A DNA stretch of 64,000 bases from an uncultured cyanobacterium. GTDB taxonomy: Bacteria; Cyanobacteriota; Cyanobacteriia; Cyanobacteriales; CAWCAG01. The notes below the pieces were generated by a model. The model saw nothing but the letters and a program-made list of their open reading frames with translations, searched no databases and was not told where the DNA came from. The DNA lies in NCBI GenBank assembly GCA_963793425.1, contig CAWCAG010000007.1:288001-352000 (forward strand). Reading direction: 5' to 3'. Made by a program: the position numbers and the translations under genes. How positions within the stretch are numbered: position 1 is the first letter of the stretch; each line of letters begins with the position of its first letter. Of the stretch, positions 29,953 to 40,874 are shown one piece after another.

Positions 29953-30156
29953 ATGGAGACAAAATCCAAGATGGATATAGAAGAATTAGAAGCTCGTTAT
30001 AGAGAAGAAATAGATCGCTTAGGCAATCAATTACAAAATGCTACTTTAGAAATCTCTCAAATAGAAACAGTAATTTTGCAAATGGGACAATCCATTGAAA
30101 ATCTCAGTGCTATTCTCGAAGAATTTATTCAACAGCAACGTGATAAAGAAAACTAA
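29953..30156 (+). CDS. Small acidic coiled-coil hypothetical protein
   Basis: 67 aa with heptad pattern. Confidence 0.6.
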   Translation: METKSKMDIEELEARYREEIDRLGNQLQNATLEISQIETVILQMGQSIENLSAILEEFIQQQRDKEN

Positions 30157-30527
30157 TTAGAAAGATTTAACTCTTCAGCAATTACTTGATAAATTTTAGT
30201 TAAAATCGCAGGCTTAACCAAAAAATAACGCGCTCCTAATTCCTTTGCTCTTTGTTTGTCGGCGGGAAAAGAATAAGCTGAAAAGATAATTACAGGAAGA
30301 GAATGCCACGGCGATCGCCTCAGCATTTCCATTAAATCAAAACCATCAACGTCACCTGGTAACTTAATATCAAGTAGTATTAAATCTGGCTCGAACCTTT
30401 CTAAATAATCTCTAAAATTTAAACCATCAGGTATACCCAGGGTTTCATAACCCCTTGAATTAAGATATTCTGCAACAACTTCGCGATGGAATTCGTTGTC
30501 CTCAATAAACAGGATTTTGGCACTCAC
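30153..30527 (-). CDS. Single-domain response regulator
   Basis: ILFIED, LLDIKLP, VKP. Confidence 0.88.
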   Translation of the reverse strand: MSAKILFIEDNEFHREVVAEYLNSRGYETLGIPDGLNFRDYLERFEPDLILLDIKLPGDVDGFDLMEMLRRSPWHSLPVIIFSAYSFPADKQRAKELGARYFLVKPAILTKIYQVIAEELNLSN

Positions 30528-30641
30528 AACATTCCAACTTCAAGCTATCCCTGAAGATAGTCTGAATTAGTTTACTTTTCATCTAGACTAGAAGTGTTGC
30601 TTAAAAAGCAGTTTTGCCCTTAGAGCAGTCAACATTTAGTC

Positions 30642-32591
30642 TTAATTACCTGGTACAGTTTCAATTACAGGAGCAGGAGGTTGGAGAATCTCTTGCCAGC
30701 GCTGAATATTTCCTCTCGCTTCTTGATAAGCTTCTGTCCCGGAAGGAACTTTTTTCGCAATACTAATAGCTTCATTCAAAGAATTATTACTAGCTCTATC
30801 TTGGGCAATTCTCAAAATTTGATAGCTCCAATTATCAACATATTGTACACTTTGAGAGCTAAGTTTTGTTCCTGAAGGTACTTGTCTAGCCAGACTAATA
30901 GCTCTAACATAAGCATCTGGAGTTCTTCCTTCAGCAATGCCTACAGCTTGCTCTAAACTTTCCCTAGCTTTGCTTTCCCTCTGTGCTTGTTGAATTTCCT
31001 TTTGAGAAGCATTAATTATCTTTTGGGCATCTGGTGATGAGGCTCTATTAGAGCCAATCTGCCTTGCTGCTTCAATGGCTTGTGGGAAGTTTCCTGATTG
31101 ATATAAAGTTTCTGCTTGGTTTAAATAAGGCTGATCTTGTAAAACTTGAATTTTATTTCTCCACTCACTGGCTTTTCTTTGGGCTTCTGAGTAAAAGGGA
31201 CGACCGGGGGCAATGGAATTAACTTCATCAATAGCCCTTTCTAAAGAACCAATATCACCAAAACTAGCCAATTGATTAGCCCGTTCTAAAAAAGGTTTAT
31301 CTTCAGCATTTTTAATTTGATTCGACCATTCTTGGATCGCTCCTCTCGCCTCTTGATAACGGGGATTATATTGAGGAATTAACCGCGCCTCAGCAATAGC
31401 GGCTGACAGCTCCCCTATGCCCCCAGACCGGGCTAATTGTCTCGCTCTTTCTAAGTGGGCCACATCTTCGATTTCTCTTTGCCAGCGAGTAATTAGGCTT
31501 TGTGCTTTTGAATAAAGAGGGCGGCCTGCACCCACTTGTTGGGCTTGGGCAATACCTCTTTCTAAGCCAGCCACACTGCCCGCACTAGCGCTGATACCAG
31601 CATTAGCTAAACTAGTCCAGTCTTTGACTTGTTCTTGAAGTTTGAGGCTAGAGGGGATAGCATTGGCGATGCGTAGCAGCCCTTGCCAATCTCTTTTGTC
31701 TAACCTCTCTTGAGCGCTGGTAACTAGCTTATTGCCCGCCTCTTCTATAAGTCTTTGTGCTTCTTTATAAGCAGTGCTACCAGAAGAGATTTCTTGAGCC
31801 ATGGAAATAGCCTGAATATAATTTTCATATCCCCCACGGCGCAGGGCAGCATAAGCTTTATCTAACTTAGAACTTTCTTCTTGAGCTAATTGAATTTCCC
31901 TGACTAGTTTTTCATACTGGGTACTAGACCAATATTTATTATCTAAATAAGTTAACTTAACCCCTTCCCGTAAAGCTTTACTCCAATTAGAGTTTGCTAA
32001 ATCTTTCCTAGCTTGGGCGTAAATTTTTTCTCCTTTAGCCCAAATTGAGCGCCAGCGCTCAATTCTTTCTTGAACTATTTCATAAGCGCGGACTTTTTCA
32101 GGGATTTTATTTGCAACAGCGATCGCACCTTTAAATTGACCAGCTTGAAACTTTTTCTCGCCTATTTTAAGAATTTCTAAAGCCCATTCCTCAATATTGC
32201 TATCAATCTCTTTCCTCATAGGATGGTCATCCGGCAAGTCTGCCACTAATTCTATAGCTTCTAGATAATCATCCACCGTTTGTTTATTAACAGCTAACTG
32301 GGCGCAATAAATACGTACAGAAGCTGATGCCATAGGCCAAAAAATAGCCGGACAGTTAGGAACAGCCGGTAACTTTAATAACAGGGCTGTAGCGATAAAG
32401 CCAATACCCCCGGAAAAGATAATGGCTATGATTGACCAAAATTGCCAACTGGTAGGTAAGGAAAGATTAAAGGGGTTACGATTGGGGGTTTTAACAAGTT
32501 GAGAAGAAGAGGAAAGAGCATTTACAGAAGGTTCTGGAGTCAAAGAGGACGGCTCTTCTACGCTATTTGATATATTTCTATTTCTGGCCAT
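30642..32591 (-). CDS. Conserved cyanobacterial membrane-anchored helical-repeat protein
   Basis: TM + LP..PNCP.IFWP.ASAS.R.YCA; repeated AI..A..IP....Y..A...I..W; no Walker motif. Confidence 0.75.
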   Translation of the reverse strand: MARNRNISNSVEEPSSLTPEPSVNALSSSSQLVKTPNRNPFNLSLPTSWQFWSIIAIIFSGGIGFIATALLLKLPAVPNCPAIFWPMASASVRIYCAQLAVNKQTVDDYLEAIELVADLPDDHPMRKEIDSNIEEWALEILKIGEKKFQAGQFKGAIAVANKIPEKVRAYEIVQERIERWRSIWAKGEKIYAQARKDLANSNWSKALREGVKLTYLDNKYWSSTQYEKLVREIQLAQEESSKLDKAYAALRRGGYENYIQAISMAQEISSGSTAYKEAQRLIEEAGNKLVTSAQERLDKRDWQGLLRIANAIPSSLKLQEQVKDWTSLANAGISASAGSVAGLERGIAQAQQVGAGRPLYSKAQSLITRWQREIEDVAHLERARQLARSGGIGELSAAIAEARLIPQYNPRYQEARGAIQEWSNQIKNAEDKPFLERANQLASFGDIGSLERAIDEVNSIAPGRPFYSEAQRKASEWRNKIQVLQDQPYLNQAETLYQSGNFPQAIEAARQIGSNRASSPDAQKIINASQKEIQQAQRESKARESLEQAVGIAEGRTPDAYVRAISLARQVPSGTKLSSQSVQYVDNWSYQILRIAQDRASNNSLNEAISIAKKVPSGTEAYQEARGNIQRWQEILQPPAPVIETVPGN

Positions 32592-32659
32592 GACTAAAAT
32601 AAAACTCCTCTGTTACCTGCAATGTTTAGTGGCTAGGCTGCCTTGACTCCAAGAGATTT

Positions 32660-33019
32660 TCAGGAATTAGTTTGCCGTTTCTCAATAGAAGTTGTGATTA
32701 GTTCCTTAACCTCAACTAAACTGCTTACTAAGTGGTCATAGTCCAACTCAGAAAGTAATTCCAATTCATAACAGAGTAAAAGATAATATTCTAGCTCTAG
32801 AGAGGAATCTTTGGCGAGTTGCAATAACTCGATTTGGGCTGAGCGCTCTTCTCTATGACAGCTCTGGGCAATTTTGATGGGAATGCTAGAACAGGCTAGC
32901 CTTAACTGCTGTGTAAGTCCCAGGAGTTCTTCTTCAGGGAAGTTTCTTGTCAACTGATAAATAGCTACTGTTAAATTATGAGCTTTTTCCCATTCTTCAA
33001 GTTCTTTGAATTCTGCCAT
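32660..33019 (-). CDS. Four-helix-bundle protein (23S rRNA IVP / bAvd-like)
   Basis: W.KAH.L...IY..T..FP.EE..GLT.Q.R.A..SIP. Confidence 0.85.
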   Translation of the reverse strand: MAEFKELEEWEKAHNLTVAIYQLTRNFPEEELLGLTQQLRLACSSIPIKIAQSCHREERSAQIELLQLAKDSSLELEYYLLLCYELELLSELDYDHLVSSLVEVKELITTSIEKRQTNS

Positions 33020-33048
33020 ACTTTTAATTAATTTGGTTGATTGTATAA

Positions 33049-33951
33049 TTAACTTTCTTCTCCGGCATGATAAGAACTACGTACCAAAGGTCCGGAACGA
33101 ACGTGAGAAAAACCCAAGGCGCGTGCGACAGCCCCTAATTGATCAAATTCATCAGGAGTCCAGTATTTTTGCACGGGAAGATGCTGTAGAGAAGGGCGCA
33201 GATATTGTCCAATGGTTAAGCGATCGCACTTTAGCCGGCGCAAATCTGCCATTGCTTGCAACACTTCTGCCTCTGTTTCCCCATGACCTAACATTAAGCC
33301 GGATTTGGTGGGGATATGGGGCGCTAGTTCTTTAACGAGGCGCAATACGGCTAGGGAGCGTTCATATTTAGCCCCCCTCCTTACCTTGTCTTGCAAACGC
33401 CGTACTGTTTCAATATTGTGGTTATAACAGGCAGGGTTAGCACCTACAACTTGGGCTACCCTTTTTCCTTGTTGCACCGCAGCATCTTTGCCGCTCCAAA
33501 AGTCAGGGGTCAGTACTTCAATTTGGGTTTGAGGATTAGTTTGCTTAATGGCTGCCATTGTTGCTGTAAAACAACTTGCTCCCCCATCAGCTAAATCATC
33601 CCTAGCCACAGAAGTAATAACTACATAACGTAAACCCAATAAACCAACAGCTTCAGCAACTTTTTGGGGTTCTTGGGGGTCTAAACTCTGGGGAGGACGA
33701 CCTTTATCTACCTGACAAAAACCACAGGCACGGGTACAAATAGAACCCATCAACAAAAAAGTTGCTGTCTTGCTGGCATAGCATTCACCCCTGTTCGGAC
33801 AGCGCCCTTCCTCGCAAATAGTGTGAATCTGCCTTTTTTTAATAATTTGCTGTACCGTGGAAATTTCAGTAGCCTTACCAAGAGGCCTTTTTAACCAAGG
33901 TGGAAGAGAAGAAAATTCTCTTTGTACCGAATTATCATGAGCAGACTGCAT
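33049..33951 (-). CDS. lipA: Lipoyl synthase
   Basis: [26 protein letters not shown]. Confidence 0.96.
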   Translation of the reverse strand: MQSAHDNSVQREFSSLPPWLKRPLGKATEISTVQQIIKKRQIHTICEEGRCPNRGECYASKTATFLLMGSICTRACGFCQVDKGRPPQSLDPQEPQKVAEAVGLLGLRYVVITSVARDDLADGGASCFTATMAAIKQTNPQTQIEVLTPDFWSGKDAAVQQGKRVAQVVGANPACYNHNIETVRRLQDKVRRGAKYERSLAVLRLVKELAPHIPTKSGLMLGHGETEAEVLQAMADLRRLKCDRLTIGQYLRPSLQHLPVQKYWTPDEFDQLGAVARALGFSHVRSGPLVRSSYHAGEES

Positions 33952-34110
33952 AAAATCAGAAGAATATGGTCATGAAAATATAGTAAGCTGCTTCAAGTGT
34001 GATCGCCATAATGCAGTTTGTCTTAAATCGGATCTAGACTTACTCTTATAGAACTTGTGTTTAAAACAAATAGCTGTAGTATTTTTCCATCGCCTCTCAA
34101 GGAGTCAGTT

Positions 34111-34677
34111 GTGGCAAGTCAGAAAATCCTGGTTATTGATGACAGCCGGGTTATCAGGATGCGTGTTAAAGATATGTTGCCGTCGGGCAACATAGAAGTC
34201 CTCGAAGCTAAAGATGGCTTAGAAGGATTAAATTTAATTCGTTCTGAAAACCCCAACCTAATTATGTTAGATTTCCTTCTGCCAAAAATGAGTGGTTGGG
34301 ATGTCTATCAAGAAATTCAAAAACAACCTGAATTGCGGGTAATTCCCCTAGTTTTGATGTCAGGGCGTAAAGAAGAGGTGACGGAGAAACTTCCTGAGCC
34401 TTTTGAGTATTTCGCTTTCGTAGAAAAGCCTTTTGATAAGAAACTGTTGATGGCCGCCGTGCAAGATGCTATGCGTAAGGCTAAGTTACAGCCGCAACCG
34501 GCAGCATCCATTCAAGCATCTTCAGCCGCTACTCAAAGTGCTTCAGCCGATACCTCAGCCTTAGAAGCAGAAATTAAAGCCCTCAAAGGGCAAGTTAATA
34601 AAATGCAGGGTGAGATTGATGTCTTGAAAAAGCAACTAACCAAAGTGTTAACTTTTATTAAACAGAAATTGAAGTAA
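34111..34677 (+). CDS. Response regulator with C-terminal coiled coil
   Basis: ILVIDDS, MLDFLLP, EKPF; AAGGAG before GTG 34111. Confidence 0.85.
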   Translation: MASQKILVIDDSRVIRMRVKDMLPSGNIEVLEAKDGLEGLNLIRSENPNLIMLDFLLPKMSGWDVYQEIQKQPELRVIPLVLMSGRKEEVTEKLPEPFEYFAFVEKPFDKKLLMAAVQDAMRKAKLQPQPAASIQASSAATQSASADTSALEAEIKALKGQVNKMQGEIDVLKKQLTKVLTFIKQKLK

Positions 34678-34766
34678 ACAAATTTGTGTTCGCTGTAACA
34701 TTGTTTACAGATTTTTTTTCTTATTATGGAGTCCACTACTGACAGGTTTAATGGGGGTAGTTCCTG

Positions 34767-37541
34767 ATGAGTAGCAAACAATTGCTAGGTCAACAAGAAA
34801 GTGCTTCTGTTGTAAAAGTAGGAATTTTGCATTCCTTAACTGGCACAATGGCAATCAGCGAACCTTCCCTGGTAGATGCGGAACTGATGGCGATCGCGGA
34901 AATTAATCAAACTGGCGGCGTTCTCGGTAAGATTATTCAACCTGTGATTAGAGACGGAGCTTCAGATGCCAAAATGTTTGCTACTCAAGGGCAAAAGCTA
35001 ATTGAGCAAGAGGAAGTCGCAACGATCTTCGGCTGTTGGACTTCTGCTTCTCGCAAAGCTGTCTTGCCAGTAGTAGAAAAGTTCAACAAGCTGTTGTGGT
35101 ATCCTCTCCAGTATGAAGGCTTAGAATGCTCTCCCCAAATTGTTTACAACGGTAGTTGCCCCAATCAACAAATAGAACCAGCAGTAAGTTGGTTGTTAGC
35201 GAATCAAGGCAAGAGATTTTACCTCCTTGGTTCAGATTATGTGTTTCCTCGTACCGTTCATAAGGTTATCCAAGCTCAGCTTAAACGTGAGGGGGGTCAA
35301 TGTATCGCCCAAAAATTACTCCCTTTAGGTAGTAGAGATTTTCCAGATATTATTCAAGAAATTAAACAAACTCAACCAGATGTTGTTTTTAGCACCCTCA
35401 ATGGTGATAGCAACCTAGCTTTCTATCAGCAGTATCGAGAAGCAGGGATTAAGGCTCAAGACATTCCGATTATGGCAGTTAGCATTGCTGAAGAAGAATT
35501 GAGGCGTATTGGTGGAGAAGTAGCGGTAGGGCATTATGGGGCTTGGAGTTATTTTCAAAGTATTGATACCAAAGCAAATCAAACCTTTGTAAACAATTAC
35601 CAAAGGCGGTACGGCGCAGAAAGGGTAACTAGCGATCCGATTGAGGCAGCTTACGCTCAAATTTACTTGTGGAAATTAGCCGTCGAGAAAGCCCAATCTT
35701 TCGCTACCGAGCAGGTGCGATCAGCTTTCGGTGGTATTGGTTTTAAGGCTCCAGGGGGCTGGATTAGTATTGAAAGCAATCAACATTTAACCAAACCCTG
35801 TCGTATTGGTAAGATTTTACCAACAGGTCAATTTGAAGTGGTTTATGATAGTGAACTGATTAAACCTAAACCCTGGCTAGGGGTGGAGGATATCGATAAT
35901 GACCGGCAAGCAGTCATTATTGACTTATTAGCAGAAGTTTCTCCGAGCATTGAGTATAGTTGTCAACTAGAAGAAAATTCCCGCGCTAGGGAGGCATTGA
36001 TGGCGGAATTAATTGATTCCAATCAGCAGTTACGAACTACCCAAAAACAGCTTTTAGCCTCAGAAGCTCAATCTCAAGAATTGCGTAAGAGAGAAGAATT
36101 ACTCAAGCATCGCTTATCTAGTCAAATTCGCAACTCTTTGGAGTTAGATAAAATTTTAACCATCGCTGTAGAAGAAGTTCGTAATCTTCTTGATATTGAC
36201 TGTTGTGAGTTCTTTTTCTTAGATAAAAGATTGGGTCAAAAAAATTACCTAGCTTGTGAAATTTCTTTGGCAAATGATTTAGCTCAGCAGGATAATGATT
36301 TAGTATTTGAGGTGGTAAAAAAATTACTTACAAATACTGAGCTACTGAAAATTGATTATATTTCTCAAAGTGAGTATTTGGAGTTAAAGCAATCAGGCTT
36401 AAAGTCTTTATTAGCTATTGCTGTAGGTATTTATAGTAAAAAGAACTTTGTCCCCAAAAAGGGCATTATTATTTGTCAGCAATATGGCAGAAGCAAAACT
36501 TGGGCAGATCAAGATATAGAACTATTACGAATGGTGGTTGAGCAATTAGCGATCGCCATTGAACAAGCTACCCTTTATGAACAAAGTCTTCAAGCCGCAG
36601 CCCATGCCCAAGCTCAAGCTCAGCAGTTAGAAAAAGCCCTCACAGAGCTTAAAGAAACTCAAGCTCAACTGATCCAAACAGAAAAAATGTCTACTTTGGG
36701 GGAATTAGTAGCAGGTATTGCCCACGAAATTAATAATCCTGTTAGCTTCATTTGCGGCAACCTTGATTATGCCAAAGAATATGTAGCAGATTTGCTCAAA
36801 ATCATTGAACTATACCAAAAACATCTAAGGGAACCGAACCAAGAAATTCACGATTATGCTGAAGAAATTGAACTAGAATTTCTTACAGAAGACTTACCTA
36901 AAACCATTAGTTCTATGGAGTTAGGGGCAGAGAGAATTAGGAAATTAGTTTTATCTTTACGTAACTTCTCCCACTCCAACCAATCCCATCTTCAAAGAAT
37001 AGATATCCATGATGGTTTAGATAGTACTTTAGTTATTTTAGGCAATAGAATCAAATCCCAAGGCTCCCGTCCCCAAATCGAAATAATTAAAGAATACGGA
37101 GATATTCCCTTAGTAGGATGTTATCCTAGCGAGATTAACCAAGTATTTATGAACCTACTGGGCAATGCTATTGATGCAGTTGAAGAGTCTTGGCAAAAAG
37201 GAGAGATTTCGCCCCCAGAGCGTTTAACCCTCAAGATACATACGGAATTAGCAGAGCCAAATACCGTAATTATCAAGATTGCTGACAATGGTTTTGGTAT
37301 TCCTCCTGATACTCAAAACCATTTATTTGATCCTTTTTTCACCACTAAACCTATGGGAAAAGGAACTGGCTTAGGACTATCTATCAGTTACAGTATTGTG
37401 GTAGATAAACATGGAGGGAAACTAGAATGCCATTCAACTCCAGGAGAAGGAACTGAATTCCTTATTGAACTGTCAGTAACTCCACAATCAACTAAAATCA
37501 AAGATTCTTCTCAATCTCCTGCGATCGCCATTGATACTTAA
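34767..37541 (+). CDS. Histidine kinase with UrtA/AmiC-like binding domain and GAF
   Basis: VGILHSLTGTMAISE, FGCWTSASRK, YEGLE, GSDYVFP; AHEINNP, N.L.NAIDA, DPFFTTKP.GKGTGLGL. Confidence 0.9.
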   Translation: MSSKQLLGQQESASVVKVGILHSLTGTMAISEPSLVDAELMAIAEINQTGGVLGKIIQPVIRDGASDAKMFATQGQKLIEQEEVATIFGCWTSASRKAVLPVVEKFNKLLWYPLQYEGLECSPQIVYNGSCPNQQIEPAVSWLLANQGKRFYLLGSDYVFPRTVHKVIQAQLKREGGQCIAQKLLPLGSRDFPDIIQEIKQTQPDVVFSTLNGDSNLAFYQQYREAGIKAQDIPIMAVSIAEEELRRIGGEVAVGHYGAWSYFQSIDTKANQTFVNNYQRRYGAERVTSDPIEAAYAQIYLWKLAVEKAQSFATEQVRSAFGGIGFKAPGGWISIESNQHLTKPCRIGKILPTGQFEVVYDSELIKPKPWLGVEDIDNDRQAVIIDLLAEVSPSIEYSCQLEENSRAREALMAELIDSNQQLRTTQKQLLASEAQSQELRKREELLKHRLSSQIRNSLELDKILTIAVEEVRNLLDIDCCEFFFLDKRLGQKNYLACEISLANDLAQQDNDLVFEVVKKLLTNTELLKIDYISQSEYLELKQSGLKSLLAIAVGIYSKKNFVPKKGIIICQQYGRSKTWADQDIELLRMVVEQLAIAIEQATLYEQSLQAAAHAQAQAQQLEKALTELKETQAQLIQTEKMSTLGELVAGIAHEINNPVSFICGNLDYAKEYVADLLKIIELYQKHLREPNQEIHDYAEEIELEFLTEDLPKTISSMELGAERIRKLVLSLRNFSHSNQSHLQRIDIHDGLDSTLVILGNRIKSQGSRPQIEIIKEYGDIPLVGCYPSEINQVFMNLLGNAIDAVEESWQKGEISPPERLTLKIHTELAEPNTVIIKIADNGFGIPPDTQNHLFDPFFTTKPMGKGTGLGLSISYSIVVDKHGGKLECHSTPGEGTEFLIELSVTPQSTKIKDSSQSPAIAIDT

Positions 37542-38029
37542 TCAGAAGCACGGCTTTTTTTACGTTGAGATTCTTTACTAAAACCTGGCAAATCTTTAGC
37601 ATGGGGAGTTTGATAACAAACTAGCAATAATGCCCCCATAACCAACAGGAAAGCACAAACTGCTAAAATCTGTTCCCAATGAATTTTTAATACTCCCTCA
37701 ACAATAATTTCTCGCAAAGCAGAAACAATAGCAACCTCCACAGCTACTTCTACTGAGATGCGATGTTCTTGTAAATAAACTACCAGTAACCTAAATAGCT
37801 CAACTAAAATCAATAAAAAAAGAATATCTGAGGTAACAGCTTCAAATGCTAGAGGAGGAGAAAGCAAAGAGCGAAATACTTCCGTAAGTAGAATTAACAT
37901 TGCTCCTAGTAGCCACACTCCTAGAGAAATGACAATAAAGTCTTGAACAATCTCTAAGTTACGAATAATTCTGCGTCGATGAAACAACCACCGATACCAA
38001 GTGTTAATTTTCTTATTACTTAAAGGCAT
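37538..38029 (-). CDS. PsiE-family membrane protein
   Basis: LFLLILVELFRL..YL, EVAIVSALRE. Confidence 0.8.
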   Translation of the reverse strand: MPLSNKKINTWYRWLFHRRRIIRNLEIVQDFIVISLGVWLLGAMLILLTEVFRSLLSPPLAFEAVTSDILFLLILVELFRLLVVYLQEHRISVEVAVEVAIVSALREIIVEGVLKIHWEQILAVCAFLLVMGALLLVCYQTPHAKDLPGFSKESQRKKSRASD

Positions 38030-38202
38030 TTGATTTAACTAAGTTAGAGTTATCTGTTCCAGTTTATTATTAGTTAATGTACAAAATATTTTTTGAGGCA
38101 GAGTACATTTTCCTAATTCTCAAGACATAGTTGAAAACCAGATGTCGGTCAATTTTGGTAATAAAATTAATAAAAATTATTTTACTGTTTATTCAAAAAT
38201 CA

Positions 38203-38399
38203 ACATGGATATGCAATTAGGCTTTATTATTAAACTCTTCTCCATTTCTACTTTATTTTCTTTATTCATCAAGTATGGTGCTCCATTTTTGGCAACCACG
38301 CCCACCACAAGCAATGCCTTAGTAGCTATATCTTTACCTTCTCTACTAATAGGATTGTTCCTAACTTTACGAAACCTGAAAACCTCGAAAGAAGATTAG
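38203..38399 (+). CDS. Small two-TM hypothetical protein (start approximate)
   Basis: FIIKLF..S...S..IKYG.P motif with two hydrophobic segments. Confidence 0.55.
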
Positions 38400-38447
38400 C
38401 AAAATAATTATCTTGAATCAATAAAAAGTGAGGAGAATATTTAATTT

Positions 38448-39593
38448 ATGACTTTAGGTAAATGGATTGGCTTTTTTACCTTTGTTGTTTCTTTATATGT
38501 TATCTGGCAAATCAAGCAAATAATCTTACTGTTATTAACAGCAGTAGTTTTAGCTAATGCCTTAAATATATTAGTAAAAAAGTTTCAGAAATTACGTATC
38601 AAGCGTGGTTATGCGGTGCTGCTTACGGTTATTGTTTCTTTAATAACCATCATCGGCTTTTTCTGGTTAATTGTTCCTCCTTTTGTCAATCAATTTCAGC
38701 AACTAGCTGAATTAGTGCCTCAAGGTATAGAGCAACTTAACACCTGGGTTAATAAACTAGAAAACCGAATCGATCCGGCTGTAATTGAGTCTTTACCCAA
38801 AGTAGATAGATTATTCGATCAACTACAACCATTGGCAAATAGGTTGTTAGGAGGTGGCTGGACTGTTTTCTCTAGCTCTTTGAGTGTATTGCTTAACATT
38901 CTACTGGTGCTAGTGATTACTTTAATGCTGCTAGTCAATCCTGGCCCCTATCGTCAAGGATTTATTCGCTTATTTCCTTCTTTTTATCGGCGAAGAGTTG
39001 ACAAAATTCTGTTGCTTTGTGAAGAAGATTTACAAGGCTGGTTAGTAGGCATCTTATTCAATATGGCAGTAATTTCTGTCATGAGCTTCATTGCTCTTTT
39101 GATTTTAAAGATTCCTCTCGCTCTATCCCAGGCAACCTTAGCAGGTTTGTTGACCTTTATTCCTAACATCGGACCAGCTTTAAGTGTCATTCCTCCTGTG
39201 GCCCTTTCTTTGTTAGAAGAGCCTTGGAAAGCAATTGCTGTTTTAGGGGTTTATGTCTTGATTCAGCAAATTGAAAGTAACTTATTAACTCCCCTAGTAA
39301 TGGCACAACAGGTATCTTTACTACCAGCCTTTACATTATTTGCCCAAGTCTTTTTTGCCAGCTTCTTCGGCTTCTTGGGGCTATTTCTGGCCCTGCCCTT
39401 AACCGTAATTGCTCAAGTCTGGATCAAAGAAATGCTACTCAAGGATATTTTGGACACATGGGAACGTAAAGAAGGGCAAGAATTTCAATTAGTTCCTGTT
39501 ACTGTCCCTGCCACTTCTATACCTGTAGATAGGTTGTCGGAAGAGAAAGTTGGGGAGGTAGACGATATAGGAGAAATAGGGGAAGAGGAATAA
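38448..39593 (+). CDS. AI-2E family transporter
   Basis: FIPNIGP, QQIESN.LTP.VM, GFLGLFLALP. Confidence 0.9.
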   Translation: MTLGKWIGFFTFVVSLYVIWQIKQIILLLLTAVVLANALNILVKKFQKLRIKRGYAVLLTVIVSLITIIGFFWLIVPPFVNQFQQLAELVPQGIEQLNTWVNKLENRIDPAVIESLPKVDRLFDQLQPLANRLLGGGWTVFSSSLSVLLNILLVLVITLMLLVNPGPYRQGFIRLFPSFYRRRVDKILLLCEEDLQGWLVGILFNMAVISVMSFIALLILKIPLALSQATLAGLLTFIPNIGPALSVIPPVALSLLEEPWKAIAVLGVYVLIQQIESNLLTPLVMAQQVSLLPAFTLFAQVFFASFFGFLGLFLALPLTVIAQVWIKEMLLKDILDTWERKEGQEFQLVPVTVPATSIPVDRLSEEKVGEVDDIGEIGEEE

Positions 39594-39625
39594 TATTACT
39601 TATTACTTATCCTACTCTCCCCATT

Positions 39626-40837
39626 ATGCGAACAATAGCAGAAATCAACGACAAAATTAGCCGTTCCTGTGCAGTTGTTTTAACTGTTGAAGAACTTAAA
39701 ACTAGGGTTGCAGAAGTGGGAATAACTCAGACGGCCAAAGAAGTAGATGTGGTTACAACCGGAACTTTTGAACCAATGGAATCTTCTGGGGCCGTTATCA
39801 ATCTAGGCCATACAGATCCCCCGATCAAAATTCGCCAGTGTTGGTTAGATGGTGTTCCTGCTTATGCTGGGCTTGGGGCAGTGGATCTCTACCTTGGGGC
39901 CGCAGCTATGGCTGACTATGGGATGACAGGGGAAGCTAATGATTTAGATAACCGTTTAGGAACATCTCAAGAGCGAGGAGGGGGCCATGTTATTGAGGAT
40001 CTTATTGCTGGTAAAGCCGTAAATTTGAAAGCCGTGGGGCAAGTTACAGATTGTTATCCCAAAGCTTCTTTAGAAACGACGATCACTCGTGATCGCATTA
40101 ATCAATTTTACCTTTTTAACCCCCGCAACCTCTATCAAAATTTCATTGTTGGGGTTAACGGAGGAGAGCAACCTCTATTTACCTATCTCGGTCCTTTACA
40201 ACCCCGACTTGGCAATGCTGTCTACTCTAGTCCTGGAGCCATTTCTCCTTTACTGAATGACCCCGACTTACAATTAATTGGTTTGGGCAGCAAAATTTTT
40301 TTAGGGGGAGCCATTGGTTATATTACCTGGGAAGGTACACAACATTTCCCTTTACAAAAACGTTTACCCAATCGTACCCCCATCGGTCCAGCTGCAACTT
40401 TAGCTCTCATTGGAGATGCTAAACAAATGAATCCTCGTTGGGTGAGGGGTTGTTATTTTAAAAAATATGGTTCTTCTCTGATGTTAGGAGTCGGTGTACC
40501 TCTGCCAGTTTTAGATGAAGAAGTTGTAGTTCGTTGTGCGGTTAAAGACGAAGAAATTGTGGCTCCGGTGGTGGATTTCTCTATTCCTCGGAGAGTTCGC
40601 CCGACCTTTGGTTTAGTGACTTACGCTCAATTAAAAGCAGGAGTTATCACTATAGAAGGGGAAAGAGTGAGGGTGGCTCCTTTGGCCAGTATTTCTTTAT
40701 CTCGGAAAGTGGCTCAAGAATTAAAACAATGGATTAATACAGGTCAGTTTACTTTAAGCGAACCTGTCGCTCCCCTTCCACAAGAAAGCTCTTTTTTACC
40801 CCAAGAGAGTTGGGGATCAGAAATTAGTTTGGACTAA
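39626..40837 (+). CDS. DUF39 homocysteine-biosynthesis family protein
   Basis: RTIAEIN.KI, VDVVTTGTF, GGHVIEDL, NPRN.YQN, SPLLNDP. Confidence 0.85.
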   Translation: MRTIAEINDKISRSCAVVLTVEELKTRVAEVGITQTAKEVDVVTTGTFEPMESSGAVINLGHTDPPIKIRQCWLDGVPAYAGLGAVDLYLGAAAMADYGMTGEANDLDNRLGTSQERGGGHVIEDLIAGKAVNLKAVGQVTDCYPKASLETTITRDRINQFYLFNPRNLYQNFIVGVNGGEQPLFTYLGPLQPRLGNAVYSSPGAISPLLNDPDLQLIGLGSKIFLGGAIGYITWEGTQHFPLQKRLPNRTPIGPAATLALIGDAKQMNPRWVRGCYFKKYGSSLMLGVGVPLPVLDEEVVVRCAVKDEEIVAPVVDFSIPRRVRPTFGLVTYAQLKAGVITIEGERVRVAPLASISLSRKVAQELKQWINTGQFTLSEPVAPLPQESSFLPQESWGSEISLD

Positions 40838-40874
40838 AGCAGCAAAGCTGTAATCCAAACTAAACTAATTCTAG

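Noticed and set aside
30642..32591. Chromosome-segregation ATPase label often given to this family
   Set aside because: No Walker A/B motifs visible
32660..33019. Avd-like protein as a sign of a diversity-generating retroelement
   Set aside because: No reverse transcriptase or TR/VR pair nearby; solo four-helix-bundle genes are common
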